From an uncultured Nitrososphaerota archaeon (GTDB taxonomy: Archaea; Thermoproteota; Nitrososphaeria; Nitrososphaerales; Gagatemarchaeaceae), in the NCBI GenBank assembly GCA_963718895.1, contig CAVRAG010000007.1, positions 416,001-480,000 on the forward strand: DNA of 64,000 nt, given 5' to 3'. This document shows, piece after piece, positions 28,864 through 38,607 of this stretch. A program made the translations under genes and the position numbers. The notes under the pieces are model-generated. The model saw only the letters and a list, made by a program, of their open reading frames with translations. It made no database searches and was not told the DNA's origin. The first letter of the stretch is position 1; every line of letters starts with the position of its first letter.

Positions 28864-29622
28864 GTGAAGACCATGTCGGAGACTTCGCTACGCGTCGAGA
28901 TAAAGGACACGGGCCCTCGGGTCTCCAAGCCCAACATTCTCGTTGGGGTTCCCGAGTCCGGGCTCGTTGGCACGATTGCCTGCTCATACCTCATCGAGCA
29001 GCTGAAGATGGCGGAGCGCGGGTTCATCGACTCCGACCTCCTCCCACAGGTCATGATAGTTCACGACTCGGCGGTGGCCTACCCCATGCACATCTTCGGG
29101 AAGGAAAACCTGCTGGTCGTCCTCTCCGAGGTCCCGCTGCCTCCCTTCGCCTCCCTCGAGGTCGCCAAGGCCCTGGCGTCCTGGGCGAAGTCCCTGAAGG
29201 CCAACCTGGTCATCGGAGTCAACGGGGCGCCCTCCAAGGCGCGGGACGAGTCTCAGGGAGAGGGCAAACCGACCGTGGTCGGGGTGGGGAACACCGAGGC
29301 TGCACTCGCACTCCTAAAGTCGAGCGGCGCCTCGGCCTTCGAGGACGGGATCGTCTCTGGGTTCTATGCGAGCCTCCTCAAGTACTGCAACGCGGAGGGG
29401 CAGAGCGGCATCACCCTCCTCGCAGAGTCGCTATCCCAGTTCCCGGACCCGGCGGCCGCGGCCTCCATCATCGAGGTGCTGGCCAAGCTCCTCTCCCTCA
29501 GTGTCGATACCAAATCACTTATGCAGGAGTCCGAGGAGATCAGGCTGAGGAGCAGGGAGCTGATGCGGGAGACCCAGCAGGCGTCGCAGCCCGGCGGACA
29601 GCCGCCGAGCGCGTACAGATAG
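28864..29622 (+). CDS. Proteasome assembly chaperone (PAC2 family)
   Basis: GVPESGLVGTIA, YLIEQL, G..G..A.LL, FPDPAAA. Confidence 0.88.
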   Translation: MKTMSETSLRVEIKDTGPRVSKPNILVGVPESGLVGTIACSYLIEQLKMAERGFIDSDLLPQVMIVHDSAVAYPMHIFGKENLLVVLSEVPLPPFASLEVAKALASWAKSLKANLVIGVNGAPSKARDESQGEGKPTVVGVGNTEAALALLKSSGASAFEDGIVSGFYASLLKYCNAEGQSGITLLAESLSQFPDPAAAASIIEVLAKLLSLSVDTKSLMQESEEIRLRSRELMRETQQASQPGGQPPSAYR

Positions 29623-29632
29623 GTGATGAGGG

Positions 29633-30085
29633 ATGGAAAGAGACGACGAGCAACCCGAGTCCTTCGGAAGCGGGATCGAGAGCCTCTTCTCGGAGACGTT
29701 CGGGATGATCGAGGGGTCGCTCTTCGACCTGGAGACCAAGAGCCTGAGGCCGCTCTTCAACCTTGATATCACCGACGACGTGGTCACGGCGACCTTCGAC
29801 CTCCCGGGGGCGAAGAGGGACGACATATCGGTCACCTGCACCGAGGACACGATCAGCGTCGACGCGGAGATGACGCGGCCGGTGAAGCTGAGGGTCTCGA
29901 CGGGCCAGGTCGAACGAAGGGAGTTCGCGAGGTACTCGAAGAGGATCGTCCTGCCGGTCAGGGTCGACCCCGACAAAGGGACCGCCAAGTTCAGGAACGG
30001 GATAGTCGTGGTGAAGCTTCCGAGGCACCACGAAGGCAAGTCCGTCCAGATAGACGCAGGCTCCAGGGCAAAGAGACTGCGGTAG
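29633..30085 (+). CDS. Small heat shock protein (Hsp20)
   Basis: DLPGAKRDDISV, IVLP, AKFRNGIVVVKLP alpha-crystallin motifs. Confidence 0.9.
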   Translation: MERDDEQPESFGSGIESLFSETFGMIEGSLFDLETKSLRPLFNLDITDDVVTATFDLPGAKRDDISVTCTEDTISVDAEMTRPVKLRVSTGQVERREFARYSKRIVLPVRVDPDKGTAKFRNGIVVVKLPRHHEGKSVQIDAGSRAKRLR

Positions 30086-30247
30086 GGTGCCACGGGAACT
30101 CCACGCCCGGAGGACGCGCCCCATGCACGAGAGCAAGTGACTGCTGTCACGTGAGGCAGTGCTCGGTCGCGGGTCGGCTGACGGCGACGATCGGAAATCT
30201 GCCGCGGGTTAAATAGTGGAACCGCGAAAGCCCGCGAGAATTTCAAG

Positions 30248-31237
30248 GTGACTTACCGGGTATACGTCACGAGCAACGAGGTCCCAGAGGAGGCTCTGGA
30301 GATCATCAGGAAGGTCGCAGAGGTCAAGGTCAACGACATGTATGGGACGCCGCCGAGGGACGTCCTCCTGAGGGAGGTCGCGGACGTTGACGGGCTCTAC
30401 TGCAACATAACCGAGAAGATAGACTCGGAGGTCCTGAGCGCAGGGAGGCGGCTCAAGGTCGTGGCGAGCATGTCGGTAGGGTTCGACCACATCGACCTCG
30501 ATGCTGCCACGAAGAGGGGGATAATGGCGACGCACACCCCCGGGGTTCTCACCGAGGCCGTGGCCGACGAGACCTTCGGACTCATGCTGGCACTTGCGAG
30601 GAGGCTGGTCGAGGCGGACAGCTACGTCCGCGACGGGTCGTGGAAGCTCAAGTGGAGCCCGATGCTGCTCGTCGGCCGCGACGTCTATGCAAAGACCCTC
30701 GGGATATACGGGCTTGGGAGGATAGGGATAGCCGTTGCCAGGCGCGCCAAGGGGTTCGGGATGAAGGTGATCTACTACGACGCCATAAGGAACGAAGAGG
30801 CCGAGAGGATGCACGGGATTCAGTTCAAGACGAAGGACGAGGTCGTCGCCCAGAGCGACTACCTCTCGGTCCACGTCCCGTACACCCCGGAGACCAAGAA
30901 CAGCATCGGCGCGAAGGAGTTCAAGACGATGAAGCACACCGCCTACGTCATCAACACGGCGAGGGGCGGGGTTGTCGACGAGAAGGCCCTCATCGAGGCT
31001 CTGAGAGAGGGGACGATCGCGGGGGCCGCGCTCGACGTCTTTGAGAAGGAGCCCGTCGAGGCCGACAATCCCCTCCTGAGGATGAAGAACGTCGTGCTGG
31101 CGCCGCACCTGGCGAGCGGCTCGATCGAGAGCAGGACCGCCATGGCGGTGCTGGCGGCCAACAACCTGGTGGCAGGTCTGACCGGCCAGACCCCGCCCAA
31201 CCTCGTCAACAAGCAGGTCCTTCAGCGGAGGGGTTGA
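30248..31237 (+). CDS. gyaR: Glyoxylate reductase / D-2-hydroxyacid dehydrogenase
   Basis: SVGFDHID, TPGVLT.AVAD, GLGRIG, INTARG, LDVFEKEP, PHLAS. Confidence 0.88.
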   Translation: MTYRVYVTSNEVPEEALEIIRKVAEVKVNDMYGTPPRDVLLREVADVDGLYCNITEKIDSEVLSAGRRLKVVASMSVGFDHIDLDAATKRGIMATHTPGVLTEAVADETFGLMLALARRLVEADSYVRDGSWKLKWSPMLLVGRDVYAKTLGIYGLGRIGIAVARRAKGFGMKVIYYDAIRNEEAERMHGIQFKTKDEVVAQSDYLSVHVPYTPETKNSIGAKEFKTMKHTAYVINTARGGVVDEKALIEALREGTIAGAALDVFEKEPVEADNPLLRMKNVVLAPHLASGSIESRTAMAVLAANNLVAGLTGQTPPNLVNKQVLQRRG

Positions 31238-31243
31238 CCACAG

Positions 31244-31681
31244 ATGCACTATGAAGGTTCGTTCGACGTCAAGGCAGCCAGGGACAAGGTCTACGACTTC
31301 GTCACGGACCCCGAGAAGGTCACCTCCATCTTCCCCGACGTCCAGAGCCTGAAGATCGTTGACGCGAACAACTTCTCGCTAAAGGCCAAGGTCGGGATCT
31401 CCTTCATCAAGGGTACGATGGACGTGAAGCTCTCGCTCGTTGACAATAGGAGGCCGACCTACTCGAAGCTGAAGGCGAGGGGGACGGGCCTTAACAGCTC
31501 GGTCGACCTCGAGAGCAGCTTCACGCTAGAGGACGCGCCCGCCGGGGGGACTCACGTCAAGTGGGCCGCGGACGCGAAGATCAGCGGGATGATGGCGAGC
31601 GTCGGCTCGAGGCTCATAGACTCCGCTGCCAACAAGTACGTGAAGGAGATCATCGGGTCCCTTGAGAAGAAGCTCTCCTAG
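31244..31681 (+). CDS. coxG: CoxG/SRPBCC family protein
   Basis: KVYDFVTDP, KAKVGI, W.ADA.ISG..ASVGSRLI. Confidence 0.8.
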   Translation: MHYEGSFDVKAARDKVYDFVTDPEKVTSIFPDVQSLKIVDANNFSLKAKVGISFIKGTMDVKLSLVDNRRPTYSKLKARGTGLNSSVDLESSFTLEDAPAGGTHVKWAADAKISGMMASVGSRLIDSAANKYVKEIIGSLEKKLS

Positions 31682-34044
31682 GTCTTCTTCGAGGCGGCGA
31701 TCAGGGACAGTATGTAGTCAGGCCTGACCGGCATCCTCTCCACCACGACGCCGTACTCGGAGAGCGCGTCCTCGACCGCGTTGATGACTGCCGGGGTCGC
31801 GGCTATCGAGCCTGCCTCCCCGATGCCCTTGACGCCCAGGGGGTTCGCGTAGGTCGGGGTCTCCGTCCTCGCCCAGACCATCGTGGGCATCGTGTCCGAG
31901 GAGGGTATCTGGTAGTCGGCTAGGGTCGAGGTAAGTAGCTGGCCGTTCTCGTCGTACACTATCTCCTCGAGCAGCGCCTGGCCTGCGCCCTGCACGACGC
32001 CACCCTGGAACTGCCCCTCGACGAGCATCGGGTTGATCAGCTTGCCGCAGTCGTCGACCCCGAAGTACTTGTTGAGCTTCACAACGCCGGTCTCCCTGTC
32101 GACCTCGACGACTGCTATGTGAGTCCCGAACGGGAACGTGTAGTTGGGGGGAGCGTAGGCCGTGTAGGCGAAGAGCGTCGACTCCATCCCCTCGGGGAGG
32201 GCCTCCGGGTCGTAGGCCAGCTTTGCGACCTCCTCGAACTTGAGCGACTTGCTGGGGTTGTTCTCGGCGTAGATCTTTCCGTCCTGGAAGACCATCTTCC
32301 GTGCGTCCGAGAGCTGCATGTTGTGGGCCGCTATCCGCCCCATCTTTTCCTTGAGCTTCCGAGCGGAGAGGAGGACGGCCGTCCCGGTGAGGGCGCCCGA
32401 CCGGCTCCCCGCGGTCATGGAGGACCACGGAAGCATGTCGGTGTCGCCGTGCTGGACGGTGAAGCTCTCGACGGGGACACCCAGCTCGTCTGCCGCGACC
32501 TGGATCATTGTGATGGCGTGGCCCTGGCCGTGGGGGTGTCCCCCAATCGTTATCACTATCCGGCCGTCCTTGTGGATCGTGACGGCCGCGGTCTGGGCCA
32601 TCCCGGGCCCGAAGCCGCATATCTCGGTCCAGGTCACGATCCCGATCCCGAAGAGTCGTCCGGCCTGCCTTGCCTCCCTCTGCTCCTGAAGCAGCCCCTT
32701 GTAGTCGGAGACCTCGAGAGCCTTGGTCATGTTCGTCTCATAGTCGGCGCTGTCGTAGGTGTACCCTCCGGGCGTCTTGAAGGGGAACTTGTCCTTGCTG
32801 ATGTAGTTGACCCTGCGGACCTTGACCGGATCAAGCTTGAGCTGGGCCGCCAGGACGTTCATGGTGCGCTCAAGCAGATAGGCGGCCTCGGGGCGGCCGG
32901 CACCCCTGTAGGCCCCGTGCGGGACCTTGTTGGTGAAGACGGAGAAGACGTCTGCCTCGTAGGCTGGGATGTCGTAGACTCCCGTCCCCATCTTCGCGGT
33001 CAGCTCCGGAAGCCCGGTCGTGGCGCCGTCGGAGTACGCGCCCCCGTCCGAGAGAATCTTGATCTTGTACCCAAGTATCTTGCCATCCTTGCGGACGGCG
33101 ACCTCGGCCCACTGGTTCTGGCCCCGTCCGTGGGTCATCGTGAGCATGTGCTCGCGCCTGCTCTCCTCCCACTTTATCGGGCGCTTGAAGAACCTCGCCG
33201 CGTAGCAGACGACGACGTCCTCCTGGTAGGCTGCCGACTTGCCCCCGAACCCTCCCCCGACGTCGGGAGCGATGACGCGCACGCTCGAGGCGTGGACCCT
33301 CAGCAGGTCGGCCAGCGTGTCCCTCATGTTGTGGGGGTCCTGGGTCGAGAGCCAGACGGTCAGCATGTCGTTCCCCGAGTCATAGCTGGCCGCGAGCCCC
33401 CTCGGCTCCATCGAGACGGGGTGGACTCGCTGGCTGATGAGCTTGACCTTGACGACCTTGTCCGCGTTCCGGAAGGCCTCCTTTATGTCGCCGTGCCTGT
33501 GGACGAGACGGTAGCCGATGTTGTCCGGGATCTCTTCGTGGACCTTCGGGGAGCCCGGTCTGATTGCGGCCTCCACGTCGACGACCGCCTCGAGGGGCTC
33601 ATAGTCGACCTCCACGAGCTCCGCCGCGTCCTCCGCCTGGTAGGCGCTCTCGGCGAAGACGACCGCGACCGCCTCACCCGCGAAGTTGACCTCACCGACG
33701 GCGAGCATCTTCCTCGTCGTCGCCTTCTTCACGCCCTCCGTCGTCGTGGCCCCCTCTGACCCGGCCCTGTCCACCGTGGGCATGGGGTCGACCTTGCCCT
33801 CGAGGTCCTTTCCCGTGAGGGCCCCGAAGACCCCGGGGGATGAGAGCGCGGGCTCGACGTTCACGCTGAGGACCTTGGCGTGCGCGTGCGGGCTCCTCAC
33901 GAATACCGCGTAGAGCATGTTTGGAAACTTGAGGTCGTCAAGGTAGCCCCCGGCGCCCGTCATGAACTTCGGGTCCTCGGTCCGCCTTAGCGATTGTCCG
34001 ACCAGGCGCTTCCCCTTCTGGACTGTCTGCTGTGCTAGAGCCAT
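31678..34044 (-). CDS. Xanthine dehydrogenase family molybdopterin-binding large subunit (CoxL form II-like)
   Basis: RSPHAHA, GGGFGGK, AYRGAGR, HGQG, GVKGIGEAG. Confidence 0.92.
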   Translation of the reverse strand: MALAQQTVQKGKRLVGQSLRRTEDPKFMTGAGGYLDDLKFPNMLYAVFVRSPHAHAKVLSVNVEPALSSPGVFGALTGKDLEGKVDPMPTVDRAGSEGATTTEGVKKATTRKMLAVGEVNFAGEAVAVVFAESAYQAEDAAELVEVDYEPLEAVVDVEAAIRPGSPKVHEEIPDNIGYRLVHRHGDIKEAFRNADKVVKVKLISQRVHPVSMEPRGLAASYDSGNDMLTVWLSTQDPHNMRDTLADLLRVHASSVRVIAPDVGGGFGGKSAAYQEDVVVCYAARFFKRPIKWEESRREHMLTMTHGRGQNQWAEVAVRKDGKILGYKIKILSDGGAYSDGATTGLPELTAKMGTGVYDIPAYEADVFSVFTNKVPHGAYRGAGRPEAAYLLERTMNVLAAQLKLDPVKVRRVNYISKDKFPFKTPGGYTYDSADYETNMTKALEVSDYKGLLQEQREARQAGRLFGIGIVTWTEICGFGPGMAQTAAVTIHKDGRIVITIGGHPHGQGHAITMIQVAADELGVPVESFTVQHGDTDMLPWSSMTAGSRSGALTGTAVLLSARKLKEKMGRIAAHNMQLSDARKMVFQDGKIYAENNPSKSLKFEEVAKLAYDPEALPEGMESTLFAYTAYAPPNYTFPFGTHIAVVEVDRETGVVKLNKYFGVDDCGKLINPMLVEGQFQGGVVQGAGQALLEEIVYDENGQLLTSTLADYQIPSSDTMPTMVWARTETPTYANPLGVKGIGEAGSIAATPAVINAVEDALSEYGVVVERMPVRPDYILSLIAASKKT

Positions 34045-34084
34045 CGGGCACCGGTTCGAGACGACCTACGTTATCAAAGTTTTG

Positions 34085-35314
34085 TTATGAACTTCTCTGC
34101 ATCGTCGCCGACCGCTCCTCGCCGGTGGAGACGAGAGTAACCTTCACCTTCAGCTCGTCCTCGAGGAATTCGACCAGCTGCTCGGCGGCCTGCGGCAGGT
34201 GGTTCTCCCTCAGCTCCAGGCCGAAGAACGAGGGCATGGTTTGGTACACGGGCTTCGCCTCGGCGAGCCTTGGGAGGGCCCTAGAGAAGTCGCTCGACTC
34301 CTCGCCGTCGAGCGAGTAGGCCACACAGACCTTCATCTCCTTGACCTTGGTGAGTATGTCTACCTTCATGAGCGCGAGCTCGGAGACCCCGTTCAGTCTC
34401 ACCGCGTACTTCAGCCCCACCAGGTCCAGCCAACCGACCCGTCGCGGCCTCCCCGTCGTCGCGCCGTACTCCTTCCCCTCTTTCCTGATCTTCTCGCCGC
34501 TCTCACCCGGTATCTCCGTGGGGAACGGTCCGCCCCCGACCCGGGTCGTGTAGGCCTTGGCCACCCCCATCACGTCCCCGAGGGCACTGTTCGGTATCCC
34601 GAGCCCCGCGGGCACGTAGCTGGCGAGGGTGTGGGCCCCGGTCACATAGGGATAGGTTCCGAAGATTAGGTCGAGGAGCGTCCCCTGCGCGCCTTCGAAC
34701 ATCACCGAGTGCCCGGCATCGTTGAGCGCCATCACCTCTCCCCCTACGTCTCCCATCTTCCCGGCGAGGACCTTCCTGGACTTCTCGGTCCATGGGCCTA
34801 GGTCGGGGATCTCCTTCAGGAACGACCTGTAGAAGTCTACGGCCGAGCTCAGGTCGAACTCTCCGTTCACGAGGTCGCCTGCGCGGGGCGTCAGGCGGAG
34901 CGCTCGCATGGCGTACGATGGACCGATGCCTCGCCTGGTCGTCCCTATCGCCTTGCCCCCCCTAAGTCCCTCGATGAAAGAGTCCATCTCCTTCTCGAGC
35001 GGGGTGACCAGCGTGCAGCGCTCGTCGACCATGAGGTCCGCCTGGCCGCCCTCTCTCGCCAGCATGCTCAACTCCTCGTCCAGGGTGAGTGGGTCGAGCG
35101 CGACTCCCGGCCCGATAAGCAGCCTCTTCTTCTTGAGCGAGCCGGACGGGAGAAGATGGAAGACGAAGGACCTCCCGTTGATGACGATTGTATGACCGGC
35201 GTTGCTCCCGCCATTGTACCTTATGACCGCCCTGAACCTATCAGCGTAGTAGTCGACAATCTTCCCTTTGCCTTCGTCGCCCCATTGAAGGCCTACGATG
35301 CAGAGATTGCGCAC
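34085..35314 (-). CDS. purA: Adenylosuccinate synthetase
   Basis: GLQWGDEGKGK, GGSNAGHT, IGTT.RGIGP, EGAQG, GTYPYVT, TTGRPRR. Confidence 0.97.
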   Translation of the reverse strand: MRNLCIVGLQWGDEGKGKIVDYYADRFRAVIRYNGGSNAGHTIVINGRSFVFHLLPSGSLKKKRLLIGPGVALDPLTLDEELSMLAREGGQADLMVDERCTLVTPLEKEMDSFIEGLRGGKAIGTTRRGIGPSYAMRALRLTPRAGDLVNGEFDLSSAVDFYRSFLKEIPDLGPWTEKSRKVLAGKMGDVGGEVMALNDAGHSVMFEGAQGTLLDLIFGTYPYVTGAHTLASYVPAGLGIPNSALGDVMGVAKAYTTRVGGGPFPTEIPGESGEKIRKEGKEYGATTGRPRRVGWLDLVGLKYAVRLNGVSELALMKVDILTKVKEMKVCVAYSLDGEESSDFSRALPRLAEAKPVYQTMPSFFGLELRENHLPQAAEQLVEFLEDELKVKVTLVSTGEERSATMQRSS

Positions 35315-35409
35315 ATGCCACGAGTTGGCTCCGAGAGGATTTAACTGTATGCGGCACGGGGAAGACAGGCTCGACTAGTCGGAGGGACGGACGCCGCGTC
35401 TGCGCATTC

Positions 35410-35774
35410 CTAGAGCCCCAGCTTGCCTTCGCGGTCGGGCGGATCCTCACGTAGGAGTGGCCGTCCTCGCACAGGACCTCGGCGGTGCCTCTGACCTCGA
35501 CCCCGCGGGCTCTCCACGGGCTCGTCGAGACCACGTCGTCGATCACGACCGCCACCTTCTCGTTCTGGAGGAGCTGGCGGAACTTGAGGCTCTTCGCCAG
35601 GCGCCTTCCGCTGAAGTAGATGTAACGTCCGTCGAACTCGAAGAGGACGGGGACGACGTGAGGCTGGCCGTCTCTGGAGGCGGTGGCTATCCTGGCCAGG
35701 CCTCCGTGACAGAGGAAGACCGCCTCCTTCTCGGTGAAGACGCAGGGTCCCGGTTGGAGCTCCATCAGATGCAC
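35410..35774 (-). CDS. Pyridoxamine 5'-phosphate oxidase-like (PPOX class F420-binding) protein
   Basis: LARIATAS.DGQPHVVPV, KVAVVIDD, RGVEVRG. The likely end is SWGL* at 35410 if one G is restored in a homopolymer; the predicted extension overlaps purA. Confidence 0.82.
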
Positions 35775-35982
35775 GGTGGGGACCCCGGTAATATAGTAGG
35801 TAGTTATCCCCTACTAAGTAGGTAGACAGGAGCTTAGCTGGTCAAGTCCGGGTTACCCCCGCGCTCCCCTCGCGGGTCCCACCTCGGCGAGGACGCTGTC
35901 AGGCGGATGGAGGAGATCCGTGGTCCTCGTGGGAGACGGACGTGCAATAGACTTAATTTTTCCGACAGTCCCCGGGAGTTCG

Positions 35983-37431
35983 ATGAAGGAGTACGACGTC
36001 ATCGTCATAGGAACGGGGTCCGCGACGAACCTGCTCGATCCGATGATCCAGAGAAACCCCAAGATCAAGATAGCGGCCATCGACAAGGACGAGCCGGGTG
36101 GCATCTGCCTGACGCGCGGCTGCATCCCGTCGAAGCTGCTGCTCTATCCCGCAGAGCTCGTGAGGACGTTGGAGAAGGGAAACGACCTCGGGGTCTCAGC
36201 TGAGGTGAAGGTCGACTTTCCCAAGATCATGAGGCGGATGAGGACACTCGTCGACAGAGACATCAATTCCATCAGGGAGGGCCTCTCGACCAGCCCGAAC
36301 ATAGACTACTACCACGCCTCGGCCGAATTCGTCGCGCCTTACACCTTGCAGGTGGCGGACGAGACGATACGAGGGAAGCAGCTCTTCCTCTGCACCGGTT
36401 CCCGCACAGCCATTCCGCCGATAGAGAACCTTGAGAAGGTGGGTTACCTGACCAGCGACAGCGTACTGAGACTCACGAGGCTCCCCGCGAGCATCGCCAT
36501 AATCGGAGGGGGGTACATCGCCGCCGAGTACGGCCACTTCTTCTCGAGCATGGGATCCACCGTCACGATACTGGGGAGGAACAGCCAGTTCCTGCCCGGT
36601 TACGAGCCGGAGGTCGCGCTCGTCGCGCGGCGGGAGCTCGAGAGGCACATGACGATAATCACCAACAGGGAGGTGGTAGAGGCTGGGGAGAAGGACGGTG
36701 TGAAGACCCTGAAGGCAAAGGACAATGAGAGCGGGGAGATCTCGGTGGTTGAAGCGGAGGAGGTGATGGTCGCCGCGGGGAGGGAATCGCTCGTCGACAT
36801 TCTCCATCCCGAGAGGGCCGGAATCACGACGGGTCCCGGCGGCTGGATCGCCGTAGACGAGTACATGCAGACGAGTCAGCCGAACGTCTGGGCGCTGGGT
36901 GACGCCGACGGCAGGTACCTCTTCAAGCACGTAGCGAACTACGAGTCGCGGGTAGTCTACTACAACGCGGTCTTGGAGCAGAGGATGAAGGCGGACTATC
37001 ACGCCGTTCCCTCACGCGGTCTTCACCTACCCGGAGGCCGCCGGGGTCGGACTGACTGAGAAGGAGGCGGTCGAGCTCAACGGGGAGGAAGACGTCGTGA
37101 TCGGGTTCTATCAGTACGAGAACACCGCCAAGGGCGAGGCGATGGGCGCCAAGGACTACTTCGTCAAGGCCGTCGTGCAGCGCAGCTCGATGAGGATCCT
37201 GGGAGCTCAGATAGTCGGTCCCCACGCGTCTATCCTGATACAGGAGATCGTGAACGTGATGTACACCCCCGAGCAGAGCGCCTCGGTGGTGAACCAGGCC
37301 ATGCACATCCACCCGGCATTGAGCGAGGTCGTACAGCGAGCATTCTCTCGCTCGTGCCCCCTGGCGACTACCATCACATGCTTGGTCACCTCGGACTCGA
37401 GGCCCACGAGGACGACCACCACGACGAGTAG
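35983..37431 (+). CDS. Class I pyridine nucleotide-disulfide oxidoreductase (dihydrolipoamide dehydrogenase-like); apparent frameshifts near 37010 and 37347
   Basis: VIVIGTG, GGICLTRGCIPSK, IIGGGYI, WALGD, HIHPALSE; His/Asp-rich tail in a third frame. Confidence 0.88.
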
Positions 37432-37509
37432 CGCCCACAGCCGCGGAGCAGGACCACACCCTCGGCGGGCGTCACGCTCTTAAGCAGGAAGGAGTGTGTC
37501 CTGGCGACC

Positions 37510-38073
37510 GTGATCATACTGCCTGACGCCTTCAACTTCGGGGAGGCCGACACGGTCGTCACCTTCGTCAGCTCCCTGGCAATTATCCTGGGCGCCGTCT
37601 TCGTCGTCTTCGAGCTGAGAGACAACAAGAGGATGGTCGCCGCAGCGAACGAGCAGGCAAGGGCCGCCACGCTCCAGGCCAAGGCGAGCACCGAGCAGAT
37701 GAAGCAGACCAACACCATCGCAGACATGGACATGATCATGCGACTCTACGAGTTCGCCAACACCAGGGAGTTCCAGACCTCGTGGCTGACCGTGCTGAAC
37801 TCAAGGCTCAGTTCCTTCGAGGAATTCGAGAAGCTGCCGAGAGAGGAACAGGTCGCGTTCTACCAGGTGGCCTCGCTCTTCGAGTCGCTGGGAGTCCTGG
37901 CGAAGATGGAGATCGTCAAGCTCGAAACGGTGGAGGACATGTTCGTCCCAGAGACCGCATGGACGGCGATGAAGCCCTTCCTGGAGGGCGTCCCATCGAA
38001 GTACGGTGGGGAGGGGTTCACCTACTTCGAGAAGCTGAAGGACGACATCGCCAAGCTCCACGCGCAGCCCTGA
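37510..38073 (+). CDS. Membrane-anchored helical protein (DUF4760-like)
   Basis: N-terminal TM, short coiled coil, FESLGVLAK..IV pattern. Confidence 0.6.
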   Translation: MIILPDAFNFGEADTVVTFVSSLAIILGAVFVVFELRDNKRMVAAANEQARAATLQAKASTEQMKQTNTIADMDMIMRLYEFANTREFQTSWLTVLNSRLSSFEEFEKLPREEQVAFYQVASLFESLGVLAKMEIVKLETVEDMFVPETAWTAMKPFLEGVPSKYGGEGFTYFEKLKDDIAKLHAQP

Positions 38074-38166
38074 GCCGGGCAAAGTCGTCAACGGCCGACC
38101 GGTACCTCTCGTCCACGCCTCGAGGACAGCGGGCCGGACGGAACCTGATCCTCCTGCGACCTCACG

Positions 38167-38607
38167 CTACTGGTTTTCGCCGAGTATTGTGAAGAAGGTC
38201 TCAGCTGTCATGTACGTTCCGTCCGAGGGGACGTGGAGACTGCACCTCATCGGCTTGATGTACTTCGTCGGTTCTGCCAGCTTGATGACCAGCATCTCAT
38301 CGCTCTCGGTCTTGCCGGAGCTCGCCAGATACTCGTCGAGTTCCTGACCAGAGAGGCACAGGTCGCCCCCGTACCGCCGGACTCCGCTGACGGGCTCACG
38401 GGACACGCTCGAGACCCTTCCCTCTGCGTCGAGGAACCTCGCGCCTCCGGAGACATACAGGAACGCCCTGTCTCCCGGCTCGAGGTCAGACGGAAACTCG
38501 TCGACGAAGAGCGCGATGATTGGGCGATGGTGTAGCACCCTGTTTATGGTCTCCCCTTCGAGGGGCAGTATTATCCCGGTGACGCCGTTCTTGCCCACGC
38601 CGGGCAC
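38167..38607 (-). CDS. PUA/ASCH-like protein (DUF365-like)
   Basis: LEPGDRAFLYVSG...EG.V..V, ELDEY, LVIKL..PTKY..P pattern. Confidence 0.6.
   Translation of the reverse strand: MPGVGKNGVTGIILPLEGETINRVLHHRPIIALFVDEFPSDLEPGDRAFLYVSGGARFLDAEGRVSSVSREPVSGVRRYGGDLCLSGQELDEYLASSGKTESDEMLVIKLAEPTKYIKPMRCSLHVPSDGTYMTAETFFTILGENQ

Noticed and set aside
31678-34044. Aerobic CO dehydrogenase
   Set aside because: Active-site loop is AYRGAGR, not AYxCSFR; no coxM/coxS nearby.
35983-37431. Mercuric reductase MerA
   Set aside because: No C-terminal Cys pair; HxxxxE motif present.
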